From Octopus bimaculoides (taxonomy: Eukaryota): a stretch of DNA of 45,480 nucleotides. The notes beneath the pieces were generated by a model. It was not told the DNA's origin. It was given only the letters and a program-made list of their open reading frames with translations, and searched no databases. A program made the translations under genes and the position numbers. The stretch lies in assembly GCF_001194135.2 (NCBI RefSeq), contig NC_068985.1, forward strand, positions 13,092,027 through 13,137,506, read 5' to 3'. This document shows, in pieces, positions 11,211 through 24,069 of this stretch. Every line of letters begins with the position of its first letter. Within the stretch, counting starts at the first letter, position 1.

Positions 11211-12207
11211 TAGATATATCTATCTATCTATCTATCTATCTNNNNNNNNNNNNNNNNNNNNNNNNNNNNNNNNNNNNNNNNNNNNNNNNNNNNNNNNNNN
11301 NNNNNNNNNNNNNNNNNNNNNNNNNNNNNNNNNNNNNNNNNNNNNNNNNNNNNNNNNNNNNNNNNNNNNNNNNNNNNNNNNNNNNNNNNNNNNNNNNNNN
11401 NNNNNNNNNNNNNNNNNNNNNNNNNNNNNNNNNNNNNNATATATATATATATATATATATATATAAAGGAGTAGAGGTACAGAAGATTCAGTATACGCCA
11501 CGTGGCAAAATTATGAGTTGAAAATATGTGGAAAACAAATATAAAAAGTGGAAGAGAAATATTCTCCTATATTATCCTTCAGAGTCAAAATATTTTATAC
11601 GCCCAATGTCTATCACTACGGTTTTACTCGAGCCAAATCTGACGGGAACTTTTGTCCACTCACTCATTTATAATCTCTGCTCTTGACAGCGTGAAAGGTG
11701 TGATGTTGATTCTCTGACAAAAGCAGTGTCTTAGACTGTGACTGGCATTAGAAACTACTTATTATATAACCTGATTCTACATTTTTATGGTCTGAATACT
11801 GTTGTTACAGGGCACCCTTACTACGCGTCGAGATCCTCCTTTTATCAACACTTTTCTACCCCAACTTTCGTTAACTCCTTCGGTGTTTTATTGATGCGTT
11901 TGCCACAGATTCATACAACATGACTTCTTCTGTAGATCACAAACGCTGCACCTCTCTTTACGTGATCCTCTCACAACATCGTCTGTACACATCTTAACAC
12001 CTAAACAGCGGAATCATCAATTGATGTTTTAAAAGTTCTACATGGTACGACTAACATGAGAAGAAAGTGAATATATTTACGGCTCTTTTCGATTAAAATC
12101 TTTTATTGGAGAGAGACTAATACTGATCAGATCATACATTTTGTAATTATATAAAGGAAGCTAATAGTCCTTAAGAAAAATAGATTGTTTTAATGTTTGC
12201 CTACTTG

Positions 12208-12261
12208 GCAACTCTTTGCATTCATGCAACTCTTTGCAATCATGCAGCTCTTTGCATTGAT
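12208..12261. repeat. Three imperfect 18-bp tandem repeats (GCAACTCTTTGCATTCAT)
   Basis: Units start at 12208, 12226 and 12244; a fourth is decayed. Confidence 0.9.
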
Positions 12262-13873
12262 GGAACTTTTTCCCGTCGTTTAAGAGTTGAACATTTTGGT
12301 ACCGAGTCTATGAAAATGACATTGAAAATACATCAACGTGACCATCTCCCTCCTTGCGTTCCCGACTCGTGAATAGCGCGCAACTAAATTCCTCCAGCGC
12401 CTCTAATTGTTAAGACAACAAATTTCTTATAGACTCAAATCTACATGTTTAATTTCAACTGCATGAATCCCGCTAGTTTCCGAGTGGTAGCAAACCACAT
12501 CGATACTACCCCAATTCCTCTAACTTCTAAAGTAGAAAACCTATAGAATAGTCAATAAGTTAAGAATGTACTGTAGCCAAAAAGTTTCTGAATCTTTGCA
12601 AGTCGTTACTGCATCTCTCTTCTTATCAATCAGTTAATTGTTGATATGAATTGAATGACACGGCGATCATATTTTGAAATAAGTAGAAATAATGCTTTGT
12701 TCTTTTAGGTTATTTTTTACACTATCGACGTCTTAGTGATTTGGTGATTGCAGAAACTTTATTCTCCACATCTTTATCATGACAGATTTGTTCAGTGTTC
12801 CTAGGGGAAAAATGGAAAATGAAATAAATTATCTCACTAGCGTTTGTTTTCTCAAGTCTATGACTTGATTTTGATGGCCCAATTATTTTCCATTTTGAGA
12901 AGCTGATATCTATAATTATTAGATAGAATATTACTTTGCCCGCAAAGAATTTTTGTTACACCTACACAACCAACGACTGTATCGTCTATTATTCTTTGTA
13001 ATCTTCTATTTTCTTTTGTTTTTTGTTATACTTCTACTAGTCTCTTCAATCCACAAATTCCTATTAGCCAGTTCTTTGTTTCTACGTTATTTATTCTACG
13101 TTATTTAAACGACAGTTTCGAATGAAATTCAACCTACGGATTTCGGAAAGATTCAACCGCCTCAGAGACACATTTGGTATGCTTAATTAATTGTCTGTTG
13201 ATATTTCCAACAATAACCACAATGTCAAAATCATTTTGAAATATAAGCGAAAATATGAGCGAAAACAACTATTATGAGTATATCGTTTCAATTCTTTCTA
13301 TTTAGGTTACATGAAATATTTTTGTGTGAAATACGTATGCAGTGCTCCGTAATGTCGAGAAGTTCAAATTGTGGATTAAATGAAGCGTTCGTATGTGATT
13401 TTTATCTGCCTGCCACATGCACTAAAAATTCGGAATAGTTTCAATAAAAGTTTTTGTAAACTAATGTTCGTGTCTGAACTAAAATGTCACTATTGTCTGT
13501 TTGCTAAATTTGTTTCTAGATTGAATGTATTTCTCTCCACTTGAATCAATTAACTAGCCATTATTCTGCTTACTTGAGAATCGAATAAGTTGTTCCTAAT
13601 TAAACAAAATATAAATGGAATGCACTTCTAAGTTGACAGAATTGCAGGAATGTTATATATCACGGTTAGTCAAGTGACATCTCTATCACAATGTGGTATG
13701 TACGATTCCCATTCAGGAAGAGTATTATGCCCTCCGGCAAAACATTTTATTTCACACTGTTCTGGCAAAAATCAGTTTGAAAATTGACGGAATGTCCAAT
13801 TAACGCCTAGTTAGTGCACCAACATGAACGCGTCGGTGATATGGCCAGATACTTTCAACTTAGAAATGAAATA

Positions 13874-14101
13874 TTGGGTTGTCCGGAAAGTTCGTGCCGA
13901 TTTATAGTAGCTTATCTTTCGACTTATTTGCCATGAAACCACCTCAATTCTGGGAAGAGAGTATTTTCAAGTTAAAGAAAAGATGGAGACGCATTGTGCA
14001 ACAAAATGGTTCATATTTGGTTGATTAAAAATGTAATGGCAAGTATTTATTGACCTTTTTCTTTCCTGTAAAAATCAGCACGAACATTCCGGACAACCCA
14101 A
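13874..14101 (+). mobile_element. Internally deleted mariner (Tc1/mariner), 228 bp
   Basis: 30-bp TIRs TTGGGTTGTCCGGAAAGTTCGTGCCGATTT with 2 mismatches and TA on both sides. The interior encodes a transposase C-terminus, FAMKPPQFWEESIFKLKKRWRRIVQQNGSYLVD*. Confidence 0.93.
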
Positions 14102-14179
14102 TATTTCCAGTGGTAGACTCCATTTTAAAAAGTTACACTTTTTCTGCCATGGAACTAATTAATTTGAAACATTTAAATA

Positions 14180-14430
14180 TGCCTTTCAGTTCCAAATTCA
14201 AATTCCGTATTTCATGCTTTTGGAATTGAGGACAAATTTGCTTTTCTTCTGTCCAGGTTCGTTAAAAGTAAAAGTCAAGTATTAGAGTTGAAAGTAGCAA
14301 TTAACTCATTCCCATAAAAACTGCTGACCTTGCACCGAAACCACTTCCAGTCGAATACTATGGTCAATGGAGTCGGTCAAACATCTCCTATAAGATCCCC
14401 TGGCCTTGTACCTAAATCAGAAACCGTTAA
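14180..14430 (+). mobile_element. Old, highly diverged SINE family B remnant(s)
   Basis: TTCAAATTCCG plus the tail motifs CTGCTGACCTTGCACCGAAA and TGGCCTTGTACCTAAATCAGAAACC. Confidence 0.45.
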
Positions 14431-14541
14431 CATATCAGTAACAATACAACTGTCTCTATCCTACTACTACATCAAGTGATTATAATTCTGATTACGTAAA
14501 AATTAATCATTTATCTGGTTTTCATCAATTCTTTTTACGTG

Positions 14542-14589
<48 letters not shown>

Positions 14590-14631
14590 NNNNNNNNNNN
14601 NNNNNNNNNNNNNNNNNNNNNNNNNNNNNNN

Positions 14632-14695
<64 letters not shown>

Positions 14696-16347
14696 ATGCA
14701 TTCAGTTGGAGACGGACCTTCGTGCTATCAATTATTGTGATTTGTATTGTGGGTGTTGATCAGTGATAGTGAAGCTTCAAAAATTTCAACGAATGCACTG
14801 TCCTCTGTCACTTCCATTAACAAAGGTTTGCGAGAATTGTAGCCACTGAACTTTACCTAATTTATGCAGTAAAATTTGATTCGTAGGACGGCAAGGTTTT
14901 ACGTTTATTCTTTAGAAAGGTGGAATATATCCCTGAACGAAGATTGGAACCAACATTGCAAGGCTGTTCCTATATCACATTCTGTGTGGTTTTCTTGTTG
15001 CTTGTATTGCTAAACAGCTATCACACTTCCTAGTCTCTTTACAGATGGCCTGCACTGCTGAAGTTCAAGTTACTAATGCGTGAAATAAACAAAGAGTCAT
15101 TGAAACGATATGAATTGATGGTGCATTGGTTCGTTCATTTTTAATCTGCCTCTATACCATCAGCCTTTTGCCTCTCTTTTATCTCCCCTTTCCTTCTTCT
15201 CACTTCCACGTGTACACGTACTGAGAATTACGTCTGCTTTAATTAGAAAGCCAATAAGAATACTATATCAGATACTTCATAAATTTTGAGAAGTGTTAAT
15301 GTAATGGTGTTGAAAGAAGAATGAAGAGAACGCAGATAATAGAAAACCGTTTGAGACGAAAGATGTAAACTTTCAAATTTCTCTGAGTCAAGAATTTTCT
15401 TTTAACTCCAAATAAGATTCTAAATAACTGATGAACTCTTAGCCTTTTCCTTGTTGTCTTTGAAAAGCGATTTCTCTCACATGGAATTTCATTGAACTAT
15501 ACTTTACTTGCTTGATATGTCTTCTCTCCAATACATCTAAAACGTTGAATCACAGTATAATTTTAATGATATTTACTTGTAAAATGAATCATTTCTGAAA
15601 CGATAATTTTATACTTTTAGTTACCTCGCATAATCGAAAGCTTTTCATCTTAACCTTCTTGTCAAAATACAAATGCGAACTTAAAGATGTTGGCACGAAA
15701 TTTCAGAAAATTATAAATTCTACAATTTGTTTTCACTCTTTAGTTCATTCTTCTAAGCATTCATTAGTAAACTATAGTGGAAACTATTTATGGAATCAGA
15801 CATCCAGAATATGAAGATAACAAAGAATATAGTTATAGTCTACTTAAAAACTGGGCTTTTTAAGTTCGACATATTTCATCAGATATAATGTTTTTCAGAC
15901 TTTTGTTATCACTTCATGTAACCCATCTTATCTGTCTCCGTCTGTTTATGATTTAATTGGAAATATCGGAAGTATTTGCGGATAGAAAGAAAATGAGAAA
16001 ATGTATCAATAAAAACGAACAGTTACAGTACATTGATAGAAAAGTTTGTACGTACTCCTTTACAGCCGTTTCTAGAATAGATGCATAATTGGTTCAGGTC
16101 TCTACATCTTTCTTGACTGCAACACTAAAATTAGTTGGCAATATATTCGTCAAGGGTTGGGTAATGTTTAGGCTCATAGTGAGGGCATGATAGTATAAAA
16201 ATAAGCAAATAAATCAGAGGTGTAATCCTAAAGGGGAAGATATTCAGATGAAATGTGTTCTAAGTGTTTATATAGATAAGAAGCGATGCAAACTGTAATG
16301 CTCAAGCAAGAACAAAACAATATTGAAATGAATATCCAGAATACTAT

Positions 16348-16819
16348 TTTTTGGGCCCCTGAAAATATATTGCTTTGGATGTATGCATCGGTATTTTTTG
16401 CAAGAAACAGTTAGGTTTCTTTTCTGTAGCAGTTTACATAGTTCAACCTACACAAGTTAATGTGTGAAAAACAAAATAGGAATTTGGAAAGAAGCTTCTA
16501 TAAAACTAGTTTTTAAACATCGAATGGCTATGATGTCCACAAGAATAAAATAGCAAACAAAGGGGTCCAAAGATTTGAAAACTGGTTGAGAACCCCTGCT
16601 TTAGATGTATGTATTGGTATTTATTTCACGAAACAGCTACGTTTCTTTTCCTACATTTTACAAAGTTCAACCTACACAAGTTAATGTGTGGAAAACAAAA
16701 TAGGAATTTTGAACGACGTTTCTATAAAACTAGTTTTTAATTATTGAATGGCTATGGAGTCTACCAGAATAAAATAGTAACCAAAGGGGTCTGTAGATAA
16801 AAGGTGGTCGAAAACCCTG
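16348..16819. mobile_element. Two tandem ~226-bp copies of a MITE-like element with hAT-type end
   Basis: 16376-16598 and 16602-16819 align (GTTCAACCTACACAAGTTAATGTGTG, CTATAAAACTAGTTTTTAA). Each ends in GGTTGAGAACCCCTG-like sequence (reverse complement CAGGGGTTCTCAACC). The left TIR was not found. Confidence 0.65.
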
Positions 16820-17849
16820 CACTAGACGGATGGTCACAACAAGATGATTAAGAGAGGATTGGATTAACCAGAGAAGAAAGGAAGGATAGAAGGATTCTTG
16901 GAATAAGAGATATTTTGAAAGTCGTATTAGCTCTCATAAAATGGCTTACTGTGATATTATAAATATCTATCTGGCATAAATACATCTGGGATTTATCAAA
17001 TGCATGAAAATTGTATATTAGAATACATGATGAAGTATAATGCGACAACCTAAGGTAGATTTGTGTTTGTATGTTATATGCTAAGCTATAACTACTGGAC
17101 GTATATAGTAAATATGAATATTAAATATTTAAATATATTAATAAAATGTAGGGAGCTGTAGGTAGGAATATAATAATTAAATTTAACCTAATGTAAGATG
17201 TTGAAATAACGCGTAATAATTTAATGAACGAAGGAAATCAAAATGTCATTAGGAAAATAATTATCGATAATAATGAAATGTAAGAAATATAGTTAAGTGT
17301 GGTGAGTTAGTGTACTAAGGGACCTGGTAGACTGTTGAGTGTTACTTGCTTGGGTACAGTCGAAACTCAGCATTTAGATCGAAGGCAAAATGGGAAAATT
17401 TTGAAGAATCAATGAATAAAAGGACTACTACTTTCCCTTTCACGGTTCAGTACGTAATGAGGTATATTTTCTAAGATTTCGCTCATTCTTCTAAACATAA
17501 ATTGCAATGGGCGCGATTCACAGGGTATGGATTTCCAATATTGATGAGAAGCCATATATTATTATATGGAGTGTTAAATTCCTCAAGTTGTGTATGTGGT
17601 TAACAAGTGAGGTAGAATTATTACAGACAGTCGCAGTAAATGAGCTACGATGAGCTGGAAATAGACAGTGAACGTTAACCGTAGCATCTAAGTATATTTT
17701 ATAGACGTTCTGTTGTTTGTTAAGGTCCGTGCATTTATAAATGACGTTATATATATAGAAATTACATTTGAACAGAGATTTAGCAGATATATTACAGTTG
17801 CATTTGTTACTACCATGCACGCTTCTGATCTATTTTTTTTTTCTTTTGT

Positions 17850-18720
17850 AGTATCACAATCATTAAAGGAAACAAAAGATTTGAAGAAAATGGAACATCT
17901 TGAAAACAACTACATATAAGACAAGTCAACGACTTCTTGGCAAATTGGTGAAAAAACATCAAAATTGGTGAAAAAACATCAAAATTGGTTCAACAAGAAC
18001 AACATCCGACTACAGACCCTGCTAGAAGAAAGGAACACGCAAAGTTACGGTAGCTAAATTACAACACAAGGTTGAACAGAGGAAAATTGGTTGAAACAAG
18101 AAGGAAGATACAACAATTTACAAGAAAACTGAAATCAGATTGGTGGGGGCCTAAAACTGAAGAACTACAAAGTTATGCAGAGAAAAAAACGATATGAAAG
18201 CATTGTACTCCTAACTTCAAGGCTTATACGGGCCATAGAGAAAGTGCACAACTACTAACTTCATAGCTCTCGACAAAAAGAATAATCCAGGAAAAATCGG
18301 AGATACTCGATATTTATACCAATCACTTTGACAGCCTGCTTATTATTTCAGGTGTTGGGTTTCATACTGCACACAAGAACGTCACACAACAATCAATCGT
18401 CCAATCCTCAGAATGTCAACCTATTTAAAATGAATTCAATGATGCAATCAAACAAATGAAAGATGGCAAATCATCTGGCAGATGTGGCTTACCCGCTGAA
18501 ATCTGGAAGCATGGAGGTATGACGCTTATTGAAAACCTGTTTCGCATTGTGCTCTAGATCTCAAAGATGGAAACGGTTCTACAAGACTGGAGAGACGTAG
18601 ACATCGTTCCTATCTTCAAAAAAAGCTTTAGAGCGGTCTGTGGAAACTACGAGGAATATTTCTTCTATCAATGACTGAGAAGATCTTGGCTTGTATTCTA
18701 TTAAACAGACTATCATTAAG
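17850..18720 (+). mobile_element. Degenerate RTE-clade LINE fragment (EN-RT linker and start of RT)
   Basis: Reads KHQNWF..., DWWGPKTEELQSYAE, AIKQMKDGKSSGRCGLPAEIWKHGG, QDWRDVDIVPIFKK, CGNY and EKILACILLNRL. Contains an exact 20-bp duplication at 17942-17981. Confidence 0.9.
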
Positions 18721-18975
18721 ATTTCCATCTTCTAATAAACTATTTCTAGTGAGTTCAATTTTTCATTATGTTGCTGCCCTGAGGTTTTCTTTACTCTCAG
18801 AGCTCACATACTTAGTGTTACAGTCTGGATTAACTGGTATCCCGAAGTCCCTATTTTAGTTGTTATCTAGTTCGATTTACATATGTAGTTCTGAACTTAG
18901 TGCAGCTCATAATTATATCATAATAATTATCGTATAATTATTCATTCCAGTCTGCTCCGTTCGTTATTATTACCA

Positions 18976-19130
18976 CCTGAAATCAAATTCCGCTAAGGTC
19001 GGTCGACTTTTCCTTTCATCCATTCGGAGTCGATAAATTCAGTACCAGTTGAGCAGTGGGGTCGATGTAATCAACTATCCTCCTTCCCCCCGAATTTCAG
19101 GCCTTGTGCCGATAGCAGAAGCGATCATTA
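18976..19130 (+). mobile_element. SINE family B, 5'-truncated
   Basis: Core plus CAGGCCTTGTGCC tail. Confidence 0.85.
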
Positions 19131-19180
19131 CCTCCTGAAATATTTTCTATATTATAGATATCAACATTAGAGTATGTATA

Positions 19181-19397
19181 AAGGTGGTGAACTGATGGAA
19201 CCGTTAGCAGGCAGGGAAAAATACTTAGCGGAAGTTCGTCTGTTTTTGCGCTCTAAGTTCAAATTCCGCCGAGGTCGGCTTTGCTTTTCATCCCTTCAGG
19301 GTCAATAAAATAAATAACAGTTGAGTACTGGGGCTGATGTAACCGATTTACCCCTCCCCCCGAAACAGCTGGCCTTGTGCCAAAATGCGAAACCATT
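19181..19397 (+). mobile_element. SINE family B, full length
   Basis: Head, B-box, core and GCTGGCCTTGTGCCAAAATGCGAAACC tail. Confidence 0.88.
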
Positions 19398-19556
19398 ATG
19401 ATATAGAATTATTATTAGACTATGTGTAGATCAGCTCACATACTTTCTCTTATGTTTTCATATTTACTGTTATGATGACTATAAATAGTATATATTATTT
19501 TGATTTTCCATATTCATAATTTCCATTTTTCATTCATAACTTTATATTAACATCTT

Positions 19557-19773
19557 ATCCTTTCTACTGTATGCACAATGCCTGGATTTTGTGGAGAGGG
19601 GGACAGTCGATCACATCAACCCCAGTACTTGACTGGTACTTAATTTATCGACCCAAAAAATAATGAACGGTAAAGTCGACATCGGTGGAATTTGAACTCA
19701 GAGCGTAGCAGCATGCAAAATACCACCAAGTATTTTACCCAGTTTGCTAACGATTCTGCCAACTCACCGCCTT
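19557..19773 (-). mobile_element. SINE family B, full length, inverted
   Basis: Reverse complement begins AAGGCGGTGAGTTGGCAGAATCGTTAGC and carries the full core. Confidence 0.88.
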
Positions 19774-20639
19774 TTAATACCTTATCCTACCAACATACAT
19801 AGATACAAACATAGTCACATATATGCAAACCAACCCAGATATAGACACGATACAACTTAAACACATTTTTATTGATTACATTTTTCTTACCTAGATTATC
19901 TTAGAAAAAATACTGGTGAAATCATATTTTTTATTAAACTGCTCTCTTTGTAGCTTTTGCCTCAACTTTTCACCCCACATTTCTTCTCATCTCACTTTGC
20001 ATATCCACCCCTTTTTACCAAAATTTAAACTTGTTGACCGCAAATATAAAATGCGTCAATAGATATTTATCATAACGTCTCTTCACTTAGAATACTTATT
20101 TACAAGTTTAACAACGAAGACACTTCACTGTTATCGTTTGACACCTCATTATCAACGTTTGATAACGGAAATTTTTTTATCAGAACAAGATTTTTACAAC
20201 TGCTTTAATATGATCTCAGATGGAAATTAAATTTCTTATCAAAATTAATTTNNNNNNNNNNNNNNNNNNNNNNNNNNNNNNNNNNNNNNNNNNNNNNNNN
20301 NNNNNNNNNNNNNNNNNNNNNNNNNNNNNNNNNNNNNNNNNNNNNNNNNNNNNNNNNNNNNNNNNNNNNNNNNNNNNNNNNNNNNNNNNNNNNNNNNNNN
20401 NNNNNNNNNNNNNNNNNNATAACAAAGTCATTTTATTCCACACAAGTAGACATATAGGAAAAATAGAAAATGCACTGAGAATAGTCAAAATATTTTATAT
20501 TAATATATTTAAAACTTTAACCGGTTTCACAGTGTAGAATAATTTTCAAAAAGTTCAAGTAGAAAGACGTGGCTTATGTCGCAACTGTCTTGCTTCTGGC
20601 TAGTGTTTTTATTGGAATTTCATGGCTCAAATTAGTATG

Positions 20640-21240
20640 TTTTGAATAGGATTTGATTGGTAGAGGAAAGTTACATGCCTGGTCTTAGAAATGTTTGTAG
20701 GTTCCTCGTAATAATTCCCCCAAACCATGCTAGTCAAGACAAGAATTCCTGTCCAAGCTTCCAAAACGTGACCTACCCTGACATTGAAGTCATTATTTTC
20801 GTTTGCCGAAGCACTCTGGAAGAGACTGTGCATGACAGTGTAGGATCTATTCTTTATTGCAGCATCAGTTTGTAGAGCTGGCGGGTACACACTACAAAGA
20901 TTGGTATATTGTTTGCTTTGGTTGGGAACAGGCATAGAGAAGATGCTGTCAGAGTGGGTTGCTGAATGTTATTTTTAATTTGGAGACAATGGCGTTTCTG
21001 ACCAAGAATCTGATGCCAGACAGACTTCGTCCGGCCTGTGGCTTGCCGAACCAGTAGAGTGTAATAATACAAGCACCATTTTCCTGCAGGTTGCCTTCAT
21101 CTGCGAAGCGGACAAGTGAGCAGCAATATCAATGTTCAGTTTAGAGAAGTCGTGAGCGACATGAGAGGAACGTACTTCTAGCCTGCTGCTGTCAGTCTAA
21201 TCTATCATGGTTCTGAATTTCCAGCATCCCAGCTCGAAAT
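20640..21240 (-). mobile_element. Degenerate RTE-clade LINE 5' coding fragment (AP endonuclease)
   Basis: Minus-strand pieces read LGCWKFRTMID, KLNIDIAA, TLYWFGKPQAGRSLSGIRFLVRN, SVYPPALQTDAAIKNRSY and NDFNVRVGHVLEAWTGIL, colinear with RTE APE motifs (WNVRT, NIDIAAL, SAYAPT, GDFNARVG). Confidence 0.88.
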
Positions 21241-22130
21241 CATGTACGACTGGTGAGACAGGTATGAATCCTTTTCGTCTTAGTTGATGTTCGACCGCTT
21301 TTGAAGATGCCTACTTACTGCGGTGCCCCAACTGGTTTGATGAAAACGAGCTTCGATTTCGCCACCATTTCTAAGCCTAAGCAGTGCTGTCCCTAAAAAC
21401 TTTTATTTCATTTATAATAGCGCATGAAACCTTGTATCATAGACAGGCGTTCGTCTGTTGTGGTTACCACATGTTTTTGGATTTCATGCATACGGAAAAT
21501 TCTTTCAGTATGACCACTGATTTCAGGATATAGTCTGTAATTTCGCCCATACGGAAACTCAGATGAATTATAAGAATACTCTTATCCCGCATTGGGAGGT
21601 GGAAATTTTCACTGCGACTATTTGTATAAGTGTATATTTCCTTCTGTGAACCCTCACATATATACATATTTATATACGTGTATATATACATTAATTTTCT
21701 CCAGCACAACCAGCATCGACACCAAAATCAACACAACTATTGGCATTACCAATTTTTAATGATCAACATGGGCAGCAAGAATAGCCAAAAAGGAAAAGAT
21801 AAGCAAACTATCTAATATAATAAAACAAACTTTCACGTGAGATAATGTGTCATCCTAGAATGTCTTAAAGATTGAGTGGAAAATATTTGATCTTAGGTTG
21901 TGGTTTCACGTGAGATTAAACAGCAACAACAATAGAATTAATATGAACAATACCACTACTACCCATCAAAACTCTCCATCACCAGTGCCAAAACCAATGC
22001 AGCCTGAATCAGCAAAAGTACCAACCCATCGACTTTGACTAATTAACTAGAAATGAAAATAATGCTATCAGTACGATAATAATGACTGTGGCTACATATT
22101 TTCTATATCAACACAGAGGATGTGTGCGAG

Positions 22131-22140
22131 AGTGTGTGTG

Positions 22141-22236
<96 letters not shown>
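22131..22236. repeat. (TG)n microsatellite, about 50 units
   Basis: Direct read. Confidence 0.98.
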
Positions 22237-22238
<2 letters not shown>

Positions 22239-22502
22239 ACAGACACAGCTGCGTGTATGAGTAGAGTGTGGTGCTTTATGGATCAAGTTAAAGGTAAATG
22301 TGTCGAAGTGTCTATGAAGCTTGTAACCTTTCGATTAAAAGTAATAAGGACTTGCTTCCACCACGCCTCTATCATCTTTTTAGTTTTCTCGTTTCGAATG
22401 TTACATTCACGGGATGTAAATCAGTTCTTGTTTGGTGATATAACGTATTTGCTTTGGATAAATTTTGGTCACTGATGCGTTTGTATTTGCTTGCAAGTCA
22501 AA

Positions 22503-24000
22503 ATGTCTAGAAAGAAACCATGGGGTGAAAGCGAAGGCAGTAATGTAAAATGAAATCGTAAAAAGGATTACAAAGGATATCAAGCATGATATTTTTTATA
22601 AAAACTCGATGCAGAAACATTCAACCACATTGCTAAACGCAATGCCTGAAGCGCCGCCTGCAGTGGAAAAAAATACATGGTAATACAGAGCAAATTACGT
22701 GATGTCCTCAAGAGTATACTTTGCAAATTTTCGGATATCATTTATTCATAGATCTATATGTGAAGCCTATAATAAAACCGTTCTTGGGGTCGAAGATCAG
22801 GAACGATGTCATCTTCTTAGAGTACCATGGTAATTAAAAAAATAGTGGAAATTTATATGATGATTTGAGAAAAAAGTAAATACACTTCCAGTGAAAATCA
22901 TTCTCTGGCAAATAAAGTTTGCTTTAAATTTTCTAAGTAGCGCTTGAATTTGCACAACACAAAAATGCCCAGGAAAGCTGTTATTTCTGATTCATGGACT
23001 GCTACTAAGGAACCAGAGCTGTTGAAGAAAATGCCTCCTGAAGGGGAGCAAAACTTTAGAGAAAGTGTACATTGTTTTCTATCTGGAAGCGTTTGGCTAT
23101 TAGAAATTTTATTTCTGTAGAAGAAAATCGAGAAGGATATTTAAAGATTCCAAAAATCGCCTAAAGCTATTCTGTTGGTGATATGAATCTAAAGTTCCTA
23201 TACGTGTTTCAATAAGAGGGCTTTTAAAGGCTGCCCAAATTTTAATCTAACTTTGATTTGGCTTTCAAAGACTAAGTCATTGATAACTAATGAACCATTT
23301 TGAAGTATGGTTTACGAACATTGCTTTCTCTGCTTCTTAAAGATACACTACCACATGTAATATTTCTAAAAAGGCATCATACCCACCAATGAAATTCCTA
23401 ATAATGTATAAGTATATCATATCTCCAAGTAAACATCTTTTCTTAAACCGATGGGTGAAGTGTTGATTGCTAACTGCACCGCATTTTATCTTAAACATTC
23501 GAGCAACGTCTGAAAACAGCTGACAAAGGGCACAAGCTATAGAAAGACGTCTGAAAGCTTTGGATAACATGAATTTGAAAAGAACTTGGACAAATATAGG
23601 GCCAAGACAGTATCGATGGCTAGATAAGTTTTCTACAAGGAAAAAGTTTACATCAGATTCGGAAATGAAGTAGGGTTGAAGAAATCATTAGGGTTGATAC
23701 ACTTAAGCTGCATGTGTTCTACAGAGAAATTTCATCTAAAGAGGTGGTGATGCTGTTAGAAAAAGAGCAAGCTGAGAATACAGATGAGAATACAAATAGT
23801 TCACCAACTTTACTTAGATTGCCTACAAAGAATACTGGAGAACGGTTGGCATTTACAGAAGAATGTCTGCAAATCTTTGCTATTAAGAACCCTAATGGTA
23901 AAAGTTTAAAAAATGCGTAAGAATATTTTACAATAATCTCAGTTCTTAAACAAAGGTGAAAAAAGAGGTGATTCGCCATAAACAACAAGCCATTCAGAAT
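22503..24000 (+). mobile_element. Degenerate pogo/Tigger-like transposase pseudogene
   Basis: Broken frames read LNLHNTKMPRKAVISD...KEPELLKK, AFKGCPNFNLTLIWLSKTKSLIT, FEVWFTN and TSFLKPMGEVLIAN (compare TSLLQPMDQGVIA), in DDE_1 order. TIRs were not found. Confidence 0.75.
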
Positions 24001-24069
24001 ATGCCCTTCGCCTTTCAATAAGATGTTGATGATAATAAATAGTGTACCTATTTAAAAAAGATTATTATA

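Noticed and set aside
15428-15470. CTGATGA hammerhead seed (also 32213, 32236, 27736, 30960)
   Set aside because: There is no stem II, GAAA and UH arrangement downstream.
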